A DNA stretch of 62,893 nucleotides, filler included, from Guillardia theta CCMP2712 (Eukaryota; Protista; Cryptophyta): NCBI RefSeq assembly GCF_000315625.1. It is 6 parts of 6 records of this genome, joined end to end, with 100 filler letters (N's around TTAATTAATTAA, not from the genome) between each part and the next. Parts side by side here need not be neighbours in the genome. Positions count along the whole stretch, not along the records: positions 33,658 to 45,196 come from NW_005434285.1; positions 45,297 to 49,793 come from NW_005434559.1; positions 49,894 to 62,893 come from NW_005434538.1; 3 more parts are not named here. One strand, given 5' to 3'. The position numbers and the translations under genes are program-made. Positions 40,837 to 52,876 of the stretch are shown here, in pieces (within the stretch, counting starts at the first letter, position 1; the number at the start of each line of letters is the position of its first letter). A model generated the notes under the pieces. The model had not been told where the DNA came from, ran no database searches, and saw nothing but the letters and a program-made list of their open reading frames with translations.

Positions 40837-42741
40837 ATGTCTGCTTATCCCAACAAAACAATGCATTGGCAGAAAACAGACGAGGAACGATCTGCGCAGT
40901 TGGAGGTCAATCGAAGAAGAAAACGGGAGAGGAGGGCCCGCGAAACAGAGGAAGAACGATCTGCGCGGTTAGCAAGCCAACGAAGGAGACAATCGGAGAG
41001 GAGGGCCCGCGAAACAGAGGAAGAACGATGTGCGCGGTTAGCAAGCCAACGAAGGAGAGAATCGGAGAGGAGGGCCCGCGAAACAGAGGAAGAACGATGT
41101 GCGCGGTTAGCAAGCCAACGAAGGAGACAATCGGAGAGGAGGCAGAGGGCCCGCGAAACAGAGGAAGAACGATCGGCAAGTATGGAAACTCTGCGAAACC
41201 GCAAGCGCAGAAGTCGGAGTGCTGTTTACAATGTGTATCAAGAGGCTGCACACAAGAAAATTTCAATACGAGAAGAGCTGATGATCTACCCAGTGGACAT
41301 GCGGTTTCTCAATGAAGTAGAAAAGCAGTTTGATTTAACAAGAATGGTTGGCTCGGGGACTTTCGGGGAGGTCTATGAGGCCTACGACAGGTTAAATGAT
41401 CGTCGAGTAGCAATCAAACGATTATTACCATTTCAAACCATGGATGCGCATAAGAAGGAAGCAAACTTTATATCAAGCTTGCATGGAAAATCCAACATTG
41501 TACAGCGTGTGCAAAGTCCGCCACTGGCGCCTAATGGGATAATCCTTGTCGAGGAGCAGCAGGCTTTGATTTTTGAATACTTCGAACATGACAGTCCCTC
41601 AGATTACGTCAAAGATTTGACCATCAAAGAGATTACCCACTACATGAAGAATTTGTTTGTAGCATTGAGGTCTGTACATGCCCTCGGGATCATACATCGA
41701 GACGTGAAATTGAATAACTTCCTCTACGACAGAAGGAACAAGAAGTACTTGCTTGTGGACTTTGGGCTGGCAGAGAAGAAAATGCAGAAGACTGCTCTGG
41801 GAATTTCCACAGGACAAACGCCTTCACCAGGCCGCAGAACAACGTCAGGGTCAATGAGCAAGTATTTCCCTGCCACGAAGAGCAACGGCTACATCTTGCC
41901 CTCTGAGAACCTGGCGCAGCAGATTGCAAAGAGGCGAAGGTTGGGCGTCAGAAGGACGAACGCATCGGAGACCGTGAGGAACTCAGGGGTCAAACTGAAA
42001 CGGCTTCCAGTCAACCGCGGGGGAACCCGGGGCTACCGCGCGCCCGAAGTGCTCATGGGCAGCCACCACCAGACGAAAGCAGTGGACGTCTGGAGCGCTG
42101 GGGTGATACTGCTTACCCTGCTGTGCCGGCAGACACACTGCTTCCAGTGGTTCCGGCATGACAATGACAACTTGGCGGTCATGGAGATCTACGGGTACGC
42201 CCGTTGTGTAAGCCTTGAAGTAAGTGCGCTGGTCTGACTGTATGGTCTGAACAGCTTGCGCATGTACATCAAGAGCATGGACGCTGAGTTCCAGCACAAC
42301 TATGGGTATACGGGTCAGTACAGGGATAAGATCAGAGATGTCATCGAAGATTTCAAGCTCGACGTTGAAGTAAAATTGTTGTCGTTGTTGCTGCTGTTGT
42401 TGTATCATGAGGATGAGGATGAGGATGAGGATGAGGATGAAGATGAGGATGAGGGTGAGGGTGATATGGTGGCGGGACTCTTAAGCTGGGGATGCTAACT
42501 TCATGTCATTCAGTTCGGACCATTGGAACAGTATCTGAGCTATGCCCGCGGTTTGGAGCAAACATGGCGGACCTTATCAAGCGCCCTGAGCGAGGATGCG
42601 GGATGCAAGGGCTGGCTGGAGGTGGAGGAGAAACATGCGATCTGGGACTTCCTCAACCGCTGCCTCGACATCGATCCCCGCACGAGGATGACTGCAGAGG
42701 AGGCTCTGAAGCATCCCTTCCTCGCTAGTGGTCTTGAGTAA
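40837..42741 (+). CDS. CDC7-like Ser/Thr kinase with N-terminal 23-aa STPR-like repeats; introns 42195-42254 and 42370-42513
   Basis: GSGTFGEVY, VAIKRL, EYFEHD, HRDVK.NNFLY, LVDFGLAE, a long insert, NRGGTRGYRAPEVL..S.HQT.AVDVWSAGVILL and CLDIDPRTRMTAEEALKHPF. Both introns restore frame. Confidence 0.88.
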
Positions 42742-43808
42742 ACCGTCTCTCCTCTGGCATCTCCCAGTCTCTCGCGATCAGCATATCATCGCAGTGACCT
42801 CCCAGGCTTCTCTTTCCCTTCCAACCCCTACTCTCCCATCTCCTTCCCACCTCCCCTGTCCCCTCCTCTCTCCTCCCTCAGCCTCACAAACTCCAATGAC
42901 ATGTTATAATCGCCATCCCACTGGCTGTTGAGAGCATTTCACAAGACTCAAACTGTTGTGGAATGCATTGGGAGAAGCCTCAAAAAATGCAATCATGGCA
43001 AAGCACCAGCAAGTCTCTTGAAATATGCTTCATATACAACCGACGAAGCATTCTGGTACAGGAAGCTAGGCCGTCATCGCAATAAGGAGAATAGCATTTC
43101 CTTCATGTCTTCGAAGGTTGCCTCTCTGATCGATTCCTTTCATGTTTCCCTTCTGAAAGTGTGAAAACAGCTGATCAGGGCTTTGGCACATCAGAATTGA
43201 GGTGTTTCAGTGCAAGTATGACAAGGAAAGTCACACAATTATTGGATAGCGTGAGCATGCAAATTTGAATGCATACCTTACACTATTACAAGTCAATGCA
43301 CAGTTACAACTATGCTCACAATGCTTCAAAGCATATTTGCATTTACACGCAACTCAACGAACTGAGATTCAAATATTTCCTTTCCACAAAATTCTTATTG
43401 CAACATGATATGCATCATCCTCAAAACACTCTGCTTAAAGGAAATGCAGTCGTTTTCCCACATGATACATTCAAATCTGGTCAAATTTGGCATCAAAAGA
43501 TGTTCTTGTCATCACATTGATGTATGTATCTCACAACATGGTGCCCACAGGGCGCGATCTGCTTGAACGTGAGTCTCCGAAACTGACATAGTGTTCAACA
43601 TTGGTACATTCGGTACAACGTTTAAAAATTCCAGAAATGGCACGGTGCTGGCAGGATCCCACAATTTGAAATGGCGTGGTTTGACAGAAGTAAAACATTT
43701 CAAGGAAAATTTTCACTTTGAAATCCAAAACCTATTCATTAAGAAAAATCCAGGTAGAAAAAGACCCCGCCGAGACGGAATAAAATCCAGTTGAGAACCC
43801 AATGGAAT

Positions 43809-45196
43809 GGGGCCTGATCTCTCCGGGCGGCCGTGACCGGTCAGCGGACCGTGTCAGCAGGCCCGTGACATGTCAGCCGGCTGACAGGGGCCGTGACCCG
43901 GCTGACAGGCTCACCTGACCGGTCACGTGACACATCACGTGACCGAGACAAGACTTTTTTATATCGCAGATCCAAAAACCCATAGGACATTTCTCCCAGG
44001 GGGAAGAAAACCTCCCTTGACCCCCCTGTTTCTCGACGGATCCTGCCGGCCGGGCCCGTCAGTAGACCGACTGCAGCCTTCAGCCCCGCCTCAGACCCCC
44101 TGGAGGCCCGCCAGGAGGCTAAGTGTCCGGAGATTGGCCGGGGGCCTGATCTCTCCGGGCGGCCGTGACCGGTCAGCGGACCGTGTCAGCAGGCCCGTGA
44201 CATGTCAGCCGGCTGACAGGGGCCGTGACCCGGCTGACAGGCTCACCTGACCGGTCACGTGACACATCACGACTCCTTCGTTATGGATCGAGTATATCGC
44301 AGATCCAAAAACCCATAGGACATTTCTCCCAGGGGGAAGAAAACCTCCCTTGACCCCCCTGTTTCTCGACGGATCCTGCCGGCCGAGCCCGTCAGTAGAC
44401 CGACTGCAGCCTTCAGCCCCGCCTCAGACCCCCTGGAGGCCCGCCAGGAGGCTAAGTGTCCGGAGATTGGCCGGGGGCCTGATCTCTCCGGGCGGCCGTG
44501 ACCGGTCAGCGGACCGTGTCAGCAGGCCCGTGACATGTCAGCCGGCTGACAGGGGCCGTGACCCGGCTGACAGGCTCACCTGACCGGTCACGTGACACAT
44601 CACGTGACCGAGACAAGACTTTTTTATATCGCAGATCCAAAAACCCATAGGACATTTCTCCCAGGGGGAAGAAAACCTCCCTTGACCCCCCTGTTTCTCG
44701 ACGGATCCTGCCGGCCGGGCCCGTCAGTAGACCGACTGCAGCCTTCAGCCCCGCCTCAGACCCCCTGGAGGCCCGCCAGGAGGCTAAGTGTCCGGAGATT
44801 GGCCGGGGGCCTGATCTCTCCGGGCGGCCGTGACCGGTCAGCGGACCGTGTCAGCAGGCCCGTGACATGTCAGCCGGCTGACAGGGGCCGTGACCCGGCT
44901 GACAGGCTCACCTGACTGGGACACGTGACACATCACGTGTCCGAGACAAGACTTTTTTATATCGCAGATCCAAAAACCCATAGGACATTTATCCCAGGGG
45001 GAAGAAAACCTCCCTTGACCGCCCTGTTTCTCGTAGGAACCTGCCGGCCGGGCCCACCAGTAGACCGACCGCAGCGAAGAGACCCGCCTCATACCGAACT
45101 CGGCCCGCCAGGAGGCTAAGTGATCGGAGATTGACCGGGGGGCAGATCTATCCGGGCGCTTCGTGATCGGTCAGCAGCCCGTGACTGCAGGACCTT
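43809..45196. repeat. 332-bp satellite array (~4.2 monomers), same family as 1-4875
   Basis: Same monomer; the last unit degrades toward the contig end. Confidence 0.97.
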
Positions 45197-45829
45197 NNNN
45201 NNNNNNNNNNNNNNNNNNNNNNNNNNNNNNNNNNNNNNNNTTAATTAATTAANNNNNNNNNNNNNNNNNNNNNNNNNNNNNNNNNNNNNNNNNNNNCATC
45301 CCTCACTCCCTCCCTCCCTCACTCACTCACTCACTCACTCCCTCGAATCTCCTTCTCTCTGCTCCTCTTCGCTCGCCTCTGTCTTCCACGTACTCTCCCT
45401 ATCTTAGTCATCTTTCCCTCCTCGCCTCTCCCTCGCTTCCCTTCCTCAATTTGCGTCAGGTGGTTGCTGGAGTCAACGTTCTTCACGCTTCTCAGTCTGG
45501 CCAAGCTGCCTGCGTGGTGAGGAGAGGAGGGGGGGAGGACAGGGGAGGGAGGGCAGGTGGGAGGGCAGGAGGGTTCTGGCAAGTCCTGAGAGGGAAGAAG
45601 TGAATGAGAGATGGCTGGAGGATGAGGAGGAGACCAGCAGAATTAGAGAAAAGAATGGCAGGGGAGGAGAGGCAGGAGGGGAAGGAGTAAGAGGAGGAGC
45701 TGCAGGATGCAGCAACAGCAGCATTGGGAGAGGGGGAGGACAGCAGGGGAGGAGGAGAAGCACGAGGAGGAGGAGCACGGGGAGGGGAGGTGGAAGGTGA
45801 TGGTGGTTGACTTGGTTCAGGTTCACTGC

Positions 45830-48668
45830 AACGCGGCAGTTGACACTTGCAGAACAGCTTCTGTCGTCATGATCTCTCCCTCCAAGTACTTCATCTCCCT
45901 CGTACCCTGACTCATCCCCCTCGTTTCCTGCCTTATCTCCCTCGGGCCTGCCTCGGGCGGCCCAGTCCCATCCCCCTCGTTTCCTCTCCTCTCCTTCATT
46001 GATCTTGTTGCAGGTGCGAGCGAGTTCGCGTCACGGCAGGCTGAACTTCGAGCCTCCTCCTCCTCTATCCCGCATGCCCCCGCCTCCTTCCCTGCCACCA
46101 GCTCTCACTTCCCTGCTTCCTCCCCTTCCTCCTCCCTCCGTCCTTCTCTTCCTATTATTTTGGTTTTCTGAGGATCGTCTGCACGTTCCTCCTCCTGTTC
46201 AACACGGAAGTTCGTGAACTCTTATCCACCAGCCGTCGGCTCTGCCTCTTCCCATTCACTTTCACACTTCGCGTTCCATTATCCCCTCCTCATCTCTTGA
46301 GGATTATCCGTGAAACGAGCGACTCTCGTCTCCTGCCCCCCGAGGCCTCCACCACGGGCTCTGAGATCTTCGAAAGCAGCGTCCCTCCTCTGCGCCACGT
46401 CACCCTCCAGCTGGGAAGACAAGGAAACCTACAGGGCTCGGCTCACCGCCGACCTCTCCCAGCTGTTCTCCTGCTTGACACCCAGCGGAGATCGCGCATC
46501 CTTCCTGAGACCGCTGCCCGCCATGTCCCCGACGCCTCCGCAGAGATCCTGAGCGAGGAGGGAGCTTGAGGGGCAGGAGCAGGTCAGAGGCTACAGCACC
46601 TGATGACAGAGCTCCCATCCCTGCGCCAGGAGAGCTTGCAGGAGGCTGCTGCTGTGGTTCCATCCTCCAAGCCCGTGAGAGGAGACCTCGACCCCTCCTG
46701 AGGAGGAGGGAAGAAGTGACCAGGAGGACGGGAAGGCACAAGGCGTCCGGTTACCGTGCGAGCCATCGAGGTTGAGCGTGAGGAGAGTGCCGTCGAGGGA
46801 GTAGGAGAGGTGCTCCATGCTTACCTCCTCCGCTACCGCAGCCCTGATGCTCTTGATGACATCCGTCGGACCGTCCACGTGAACTGAGAGGGGTGAGGAG
46901 GGAGGAGAACCAGGGAGAGCAGCAGGAACGAGGGCACGTTGAAGAGTGGGGGACAGGGAGGGGACTGAGAGTTGAGGAGGAGGGAGAGGAATGGTACCTG
47001 TGTGTACAAGCCCGGTGGAGATATCGGTGAAGAAGGTGAGGACGCAGGTCTGCAGGAGAGTGAGATGCTGCGAGTGGAGATTCGTATCTACCTGCGTCCA
47101 GGCGTCCTGAATGATCCGCTCGAGCTCAGCGAGCTGGAAAAACCTCGCCTGATCGCAGCGCACCGTCATGGAAGCGAGAGGAGGAGGAGGAGCAGAAGCA
47201 GCAGCAGGAGAGTCTCTTGCCTCAAGGAGAAGCTCTCCTGATTTGATCGGGTCGCGGGGTACAGCGAGGATGTCGTCTCGCAGGTAGGAGAGGATCAGCT
47301 TGAACTTCTTGGGGTCCCTGCGGCGAGTGAGCGAGGGGGAAGGGGGAAGGGGGGAGGGACTCGACCTGTCGATGAAGATGTTTCCTTCCTTATCGCCTGC
47401 ACCGGGTCAAGTCCAACTAGAGGAGGAGACGAGCTGCTCGTACGTGAGACCGGAAGCCTTCCCATCAGGATTCCAGCAAGGTAAGAGTCCTTCACCTGCT
47501 CCAACATCACCCTCCAGCACCTCGACGCCTCCCGTCACCCGCATCAACGTGTCCTTGGACGCCGTGAAAAGTCGACCCCCCACGTTCAACGACACGATCT
47601 TTCAGCACACACTTCAGACAAAGTGCAAGCAATGCCTCTTCCTCTCTCCCCTCCCCTCCCCTCCCTCCCTCCCTCCCTCCCTCCCCTCTTCCTTTCTCAC
47701 CGGGCCCAGGCTATCTACGTCCACATAGTTCCACCCTGATGAGGGTCCGCAAGCCAGTCCTCTCACATTCCCGGTGCCCGCGTCTCTCTCCCTTCCCTCC
47801 TTGCCGCTGCTGCCGCTTTCGCTATCGATGCACTGTTTCCCCACTTCAGCAAGCTCTGACTCCCAACCCGAGCCCACTCGAGCTTCAAGGCGCTTGAGCG
47901 CTGCTCCCGAAGGCTCCCACCGCTCCACCTGCTCAGTTCTCATCAACCAAGAGCAGCAAGCAAGAGGAAGGGTCTGCCTGCAGCTTGCAAGGGTCCTGCA
48001 AGTCACTGATGCGCTCAAGCTCGACCTGAAGGAGTGAGAGGAGCGGTTGGAGAGAGCATGCGGTACCAGAAACTTGATCTTGGCATCAAGGTAGTAGACC
48101 CGGCCGACCCTCTCCTTAAGGACTGAACTCAGTGCCTCCTTCAGGGCTGTTAAGTTTCTGGCGCTGGCTCTAACTCGATTTTCCTGGCATGCTGAAACCT
48201 GATCTGGTGTAAGCAAAGGGAAGTTTGGTTGATACACAAGACGGAAGTCGGCAGACAAGATGCAGGAATCCAAACATATCAAAACATTTTTTCACTTCCA
48301 TTTTCATCATATCTATTCTCGTCATCATCTCAACCATCATCTCAATCATCATCACAATCTCAATCACCGTCGTCATCGTCGTCAAAATTCTCCGCCTTCA
48401 TCAAACTCTTCATGATCATCACACGTGTCGTCATGCTCATCATCACGACATCAACCAAGATCACAATCGTCATCACACCAGCCTCCCGTCACGTAGCATG
48501 TCAGGCGTCCCGCCATCGTCTCAGTGAATTTCGTGACCAAGCATCTTTCCACGACGCACGCACCCTCTTCCCCTCTCTTGCCCAAGTCAGGCCGCAAAGT
48601 GAGTTGAGGTGACTCCGGAAACAAACCCGGCAAGAGGCCCGGTACGAGCGGGGATGTGGCATTTCCAT
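45830..48668 (-). CDS. BTB/POZ (KCTD/T1-type) domain protein, multi-exon
   Basis: VSLNVGGRLFTASKDTL, DSYLA, DKEGNIFIDR, DPKKFKLILSYLRD and LLLEA..FFQL between ~47110 and 47600. Gene ends uncertain. Confidence 0.8.
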
Positions 48669-48746
48669 TGCGTCCTGATAAAGCTTGCCATAGATTTGGT
48701 GGGAGGAGGAAGAGGAGGAGGGAGGTAGCAAGGGAACGCAGCGCCT

Positions 48747-49740
48747 ATGGGCTGTCATATCGCTCTGCTGCTCTTTGCTGGCTCTATTGCCTTCGCAACA
48801 GGCGGCGAAGAGCGTCTCGTGTTCCTCCCAGAAGCTGCCGGACAGCTGAGCCGCGTCGGACTTTCACCCTCCCTTCGCTCCGTCGACGTTGAGCTCATGG
48901 TTGCTCAGCAAGAGGCTCGTCGTCTGAACGATGAAGGAGTAATGATGATGAGCTCTCTACAGTATGACCGAGCAGAACATTTGCTGAGGCGAGCGATTGA
49001 TATCCATCCTTCGTACCCTCCTGCACTCTGCAACTTCGGAAGGCTCCTGGCGCGAATGGGGAGAGACATGCAGGCAGCAAGTGAGATGATGAGGAAAGCC
49101 CATCTCTTGCTTCCTTCCAACGCAGAGATCAGCTCGGCCTATGCTCGTTTGCTGGACGAGGAGCTTTCTGACTTTCGAGCTGCTTCCAAGGTGTACGAGG
49201 AAGCGTTGTCAATGCAACCCAGTCACCATCACCTCCTCCATAACTTCGCTGAGATGCTGCGAGGACGTCAGATAGACGACTCTCGAGCACAGGAGCTCTA
49301 CAAGCAGGTGCTCAAGGCTCGCCCTGACTTCTCCGCCTCCTCCATCGGCCTCTCCCTCCTCCTCCTCCGAAGCGGGAAACTCAATGAGGCGCTTCAGGTG
49401 GAAGGAGCTCAAGTTGCCGTATGCTCTGACTGACTGGACCCGCAGGTGCTGCAGGAAGCTCTCGTCCTAGACCCCAAAAGCGTCTCGTTGCTCAACCAGC
49501 AAGGCCTCGTCCTCTTCGAGGCCCATCAGATGAACGAGGCTGACCGAACGTTTCGAAGCGTGAGGAGCTGAAGTGGAGGGACGAGGGAGGGCGGTGAGAG
49601 CTAAGAGCCCATGGCAGGTGCTGGCAGTCGATCCTTCCAACGTGATCGCCTTGTGCAACCTGGGAACCATCTGCTCATCTGACGGGGAAAGAGGGAGCAG
49701 GGAGGGCTTGTCCTTTCTGCAAGTTAGTCTTACTTCCAGT
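48747..49740 (+). CDS. TPR-repeat protein with signal peptide, probably 3' truncated
   Basis: Hydrophobic N-terminus, then AEHLLRRAIDIHP..ALCNFG, YEEALSMQP..LLHNFA, YKQVLKARP and VDPSNVIALCNLG. Confidence 0.85.
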
Positions 49741-49893
49741 GACCCCATCCTCCTCCTCCTCCTCCTCCTCTCCTCCTCCTCCTCCTCCACCTCNNNNNNN
49801 NNNNNNNNNNNNNNNNNNNNNNNNNNNNNNNNNNNNNTTAATTAATTAANNNNNNNNNNNNNNNNNNNNNNNNNNNNNNNNNNNNNNNNNNNN

Positions 49894-52876
49894 GAGGGGC
49901 AGAGAAGAGGAGAGGATACATACCGCGCCTGATGGTTCACCAGCTGCAGCCTTCCTCTTGCCAAGGAGCTTTCTGCAAGCATGCGAGCAGGTCTAGCTCT
50001 CGACCGGCATCGGCTCCTCCTCCCTCCTTCCCACCTGCATGAGGACGACTTGCTCGAGGTGAATGTAGGCCCTGCTAGGGCGTTAGGCGTCCTCAGCAGC
50101 AGCAAGAGACGCAGTTCACTCGTTTGTGTTCAGGTCGGGCGACTCCTACTCCTCTTCGGTCTGCTCAGCTATCATTTAGTATTGTGAGATAGGAAGATTT
50201 TTTTTCTCATCCTCATCTTCCTCCTCCTCCTCCTCCTCCTCCTCCTCCTCCTCCTCCTCCTCCTCATGCATGAACACAACGATCACCTTCATGATGTCGT
50301 TGAACTGAACGATGTGCCGCTCGCGCTCATAGTCGTCCTGTCTCATCCTCAGCACCCACGCCAGCAGCATCCCTCCACCCTCACCTCGATCGCGTACAGC
50401 AGCCGCTTCAACGACTCAAGGGACGAGTCCCACTTGCGCAACTGGTGTGAAACGTAAGGGGCTGGCAACTTCAAAGGAGATCCTATCACCTCCATGGGAA
50501 AGTTCAGCAACTCGAAGGTGGAGTCTGCCAGCGACCGGAACAGCTTGAGGGTCGTGTTGGAGTAGTAGATCTGTACGTGCTGTCAGGTCATAGGACACAG
50601 GGCCTCCTGCCTCAACTCCTCGTCCTCTCGTTCTTCCATCCGCCCTGCTCTCCGGCATTCTCCTCCTCTTGCCTGCTCCTATCCTTCCCCACCTATGGTC
50701 TACGGTCTTCCTCTCTCCCCCCTTCATCCCAGCCTCTGCCTTTTGCCCCTGCCTCCCGGATCTCCTCCTCCCCCTCCCCACCTTTCCTCATCCTCCTCCT
50801 CCTCCTCCTCCCCGTCCTCGTCCTCCTTGTCCTCCACCTCCTCGTCCCCGTCCCCGTCCTCCTCGTCCTCCTTGTTGTACCTGCGCCTCCTTGTTCTGAG
50901 CGATGAACACTTGACGGTCAACGTCAGGGTCCTCCACCAGCACTCTGCGCGTTCATATCAGTTCGTCGCTTCCTCGCATGTTCGTCACCTCGATCGAGAT
51001 CGCGGAGTTCCGATGTGATCCACCAGCTCGTCGACGAAGTCCGACACCGCGTGCTCTTTCTATCGTACGGCACGGCCTTGTCAGGCAGCACACAACAGGA
51101 GGAGCAAGTAGAGGGAAACAGGGAGCAGCAGCAGCAGGAAGTGAGCAGCAGCAGCAGGCAGTGAGCAGGAACGCAAAGTCCCTCACCAGCGAGGCTCCGA
51201 TTCGCATCTCGAGCTCAGCCCTCTTGGTCTTCCCGAGGTCCTCCTCCAGCGCCACTCCTTTGATCACCACCACATGCTCCGTAGCCTCCATCAGGGGTCG
51301 ACCCTCGAACCTCCACTCCTCCGCGAAGATTCCAGGCTTGTCCGACTTGAACGTGAAGACGAACTCCTTGTTCGCTCCCGGGAGGATCGATCCTGACATG
51401 TCCTGCTGGAACACCCGCTGCACTCCGTCCTTGGCGCTGTCAACCCCGAGCTGCTTCCTGGTCCACTTGTAGTACACCGCCGTGTTCCCCACGTTCATGC
51501 AGCCCAGCCGCACCTCCGCCACCTGCTCCTTCACCGTATGGCACAGAAGCCTGCTCGACCCGAAGTGCATGGCAGGCGCCTCCACGTCAGGCTCCCACTT
51601 CTCCGGCTCTATCCCCGTCTTCGACGCCTCCGTCGGCTGTACAGTCGTAGCGTACGAGCGAGCGGAGAGGGACGCGGCGTCTGTGCCGTTCAGGCTAGAC
51701 CGGCTCAGGTAGGTCGGCATCCTCGAGGCTCGACGAGCTTGCCTTTCCTCCTCCTTCCTCTGCTTCTCTTCCTCCTCCTCCTTCAGCCTGATAGTCTCCT
51801 GGAGCTTCTGGTTGTACTCCCGCTCCAACCCGACGCCCTGGATGTAGATGTTGGCGAGCTCAGGCTCATGGGGCTGGAGCACGCCGAGCGACTTGGAGTA
51901 CTGCTTCTTGTACTCCTCCACATAGGAGACCTCGTCGGGGACTTCCGCACGAGATTTTCGCGTCTTGTTCAGCACCACATTGGACTCCTTGAACGGCTGG
52001 CGAATGTAAGTGATCATTTCAGGTCTGAGGTCCGGCTTGTCCACGAAGGGCATCTCAAGGCCGGAGAAGATGCTTCCCACCGTCAGGTATCGCGTCCACG
52101 CATCTCTCAAGCTCATCTGCCACAAGTTCGCGCCATGCCGCTTCTCGATCGGGACTACTTTCCCGAGGATGTCCTTCTCCTCCAACAGCATGCGGAACTC
52201 CTCCGCTCGGTTGATCACGAGGTCATCCGGGTCCTTGTTCAGCCTCTTCGCCATGCGAGCTCTGAACGCCTCCCACTCCGCCTGCCGCTTCTCGTGCCGC
52301 GTCAGGATGCGTTGTTCCTTCACCTGGTCGAACCGCTGAAAGATATGAAGGGCCTTGAGCTTCTTGTGCCGCTCCTCCCTCTCGCGCCGCTTCGTCTCCT
52401 CCAGGATCTTGAGCGACTTGCGGAGTTCAGACTCCTTGTCGAGATTCTCCTGCTGCTCGTAGTACATGCTGGTGTTGAGGCCCGGAGACATATTGGACTG
52501 ATCCATGTGTTCCGACACCGACGTGGGAAGCGTAATGGCGCTCACACCGGATGCGAACCTCGCCCGTCCTGTCTTGGCGCTGGTAGGGGAGGCAAGGTTC
52601 TCACTTCCTGGCGTACTCGGGTTCTTCACAGCAGTCTGCTGCCTCAGCATGGTTTGAAACTCCTCCGGGTCTCCTAGAATGCTTCTAGGGATGATCTTCA
52701 TAGTCTTCTCGTCTACTCGTGGTCCTCGCTTCGTTGTGGCCTGACAAGGGGGTGAGACAAACTTCTAGGGTGCGCACGAGAGCAGGTCAGACCATGGAAG
52801 CCTCGAGCGTCGACAGCATCTGCTCTTGGCTCACGTTGGTCTTGGTGGACAGCATTGGAGCAGCCTGCTCTGCCAT
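49894..52876 (-). CDS. MYCBPAP: MYCBP-associated protein (ciliary), 3' truncated
   Basis: SILGDPEEF, WQMSLR, NVGNTAVYYKW and GSILPG..FVFTFKSDKPGIFAEEWRF. Confidence 0.78.

Noticed and set aside
40861-41220. Helitron call from the STPR-like repeats
   Set aside because: No HUH Rep or PIF1 helicase motifs nearby; the repeats lead into a kinase.
42928-43800. Possible extra gene between the kinase and the satellite
   Set aside because: Only short stop-interrupted frames with no recognisable motif.
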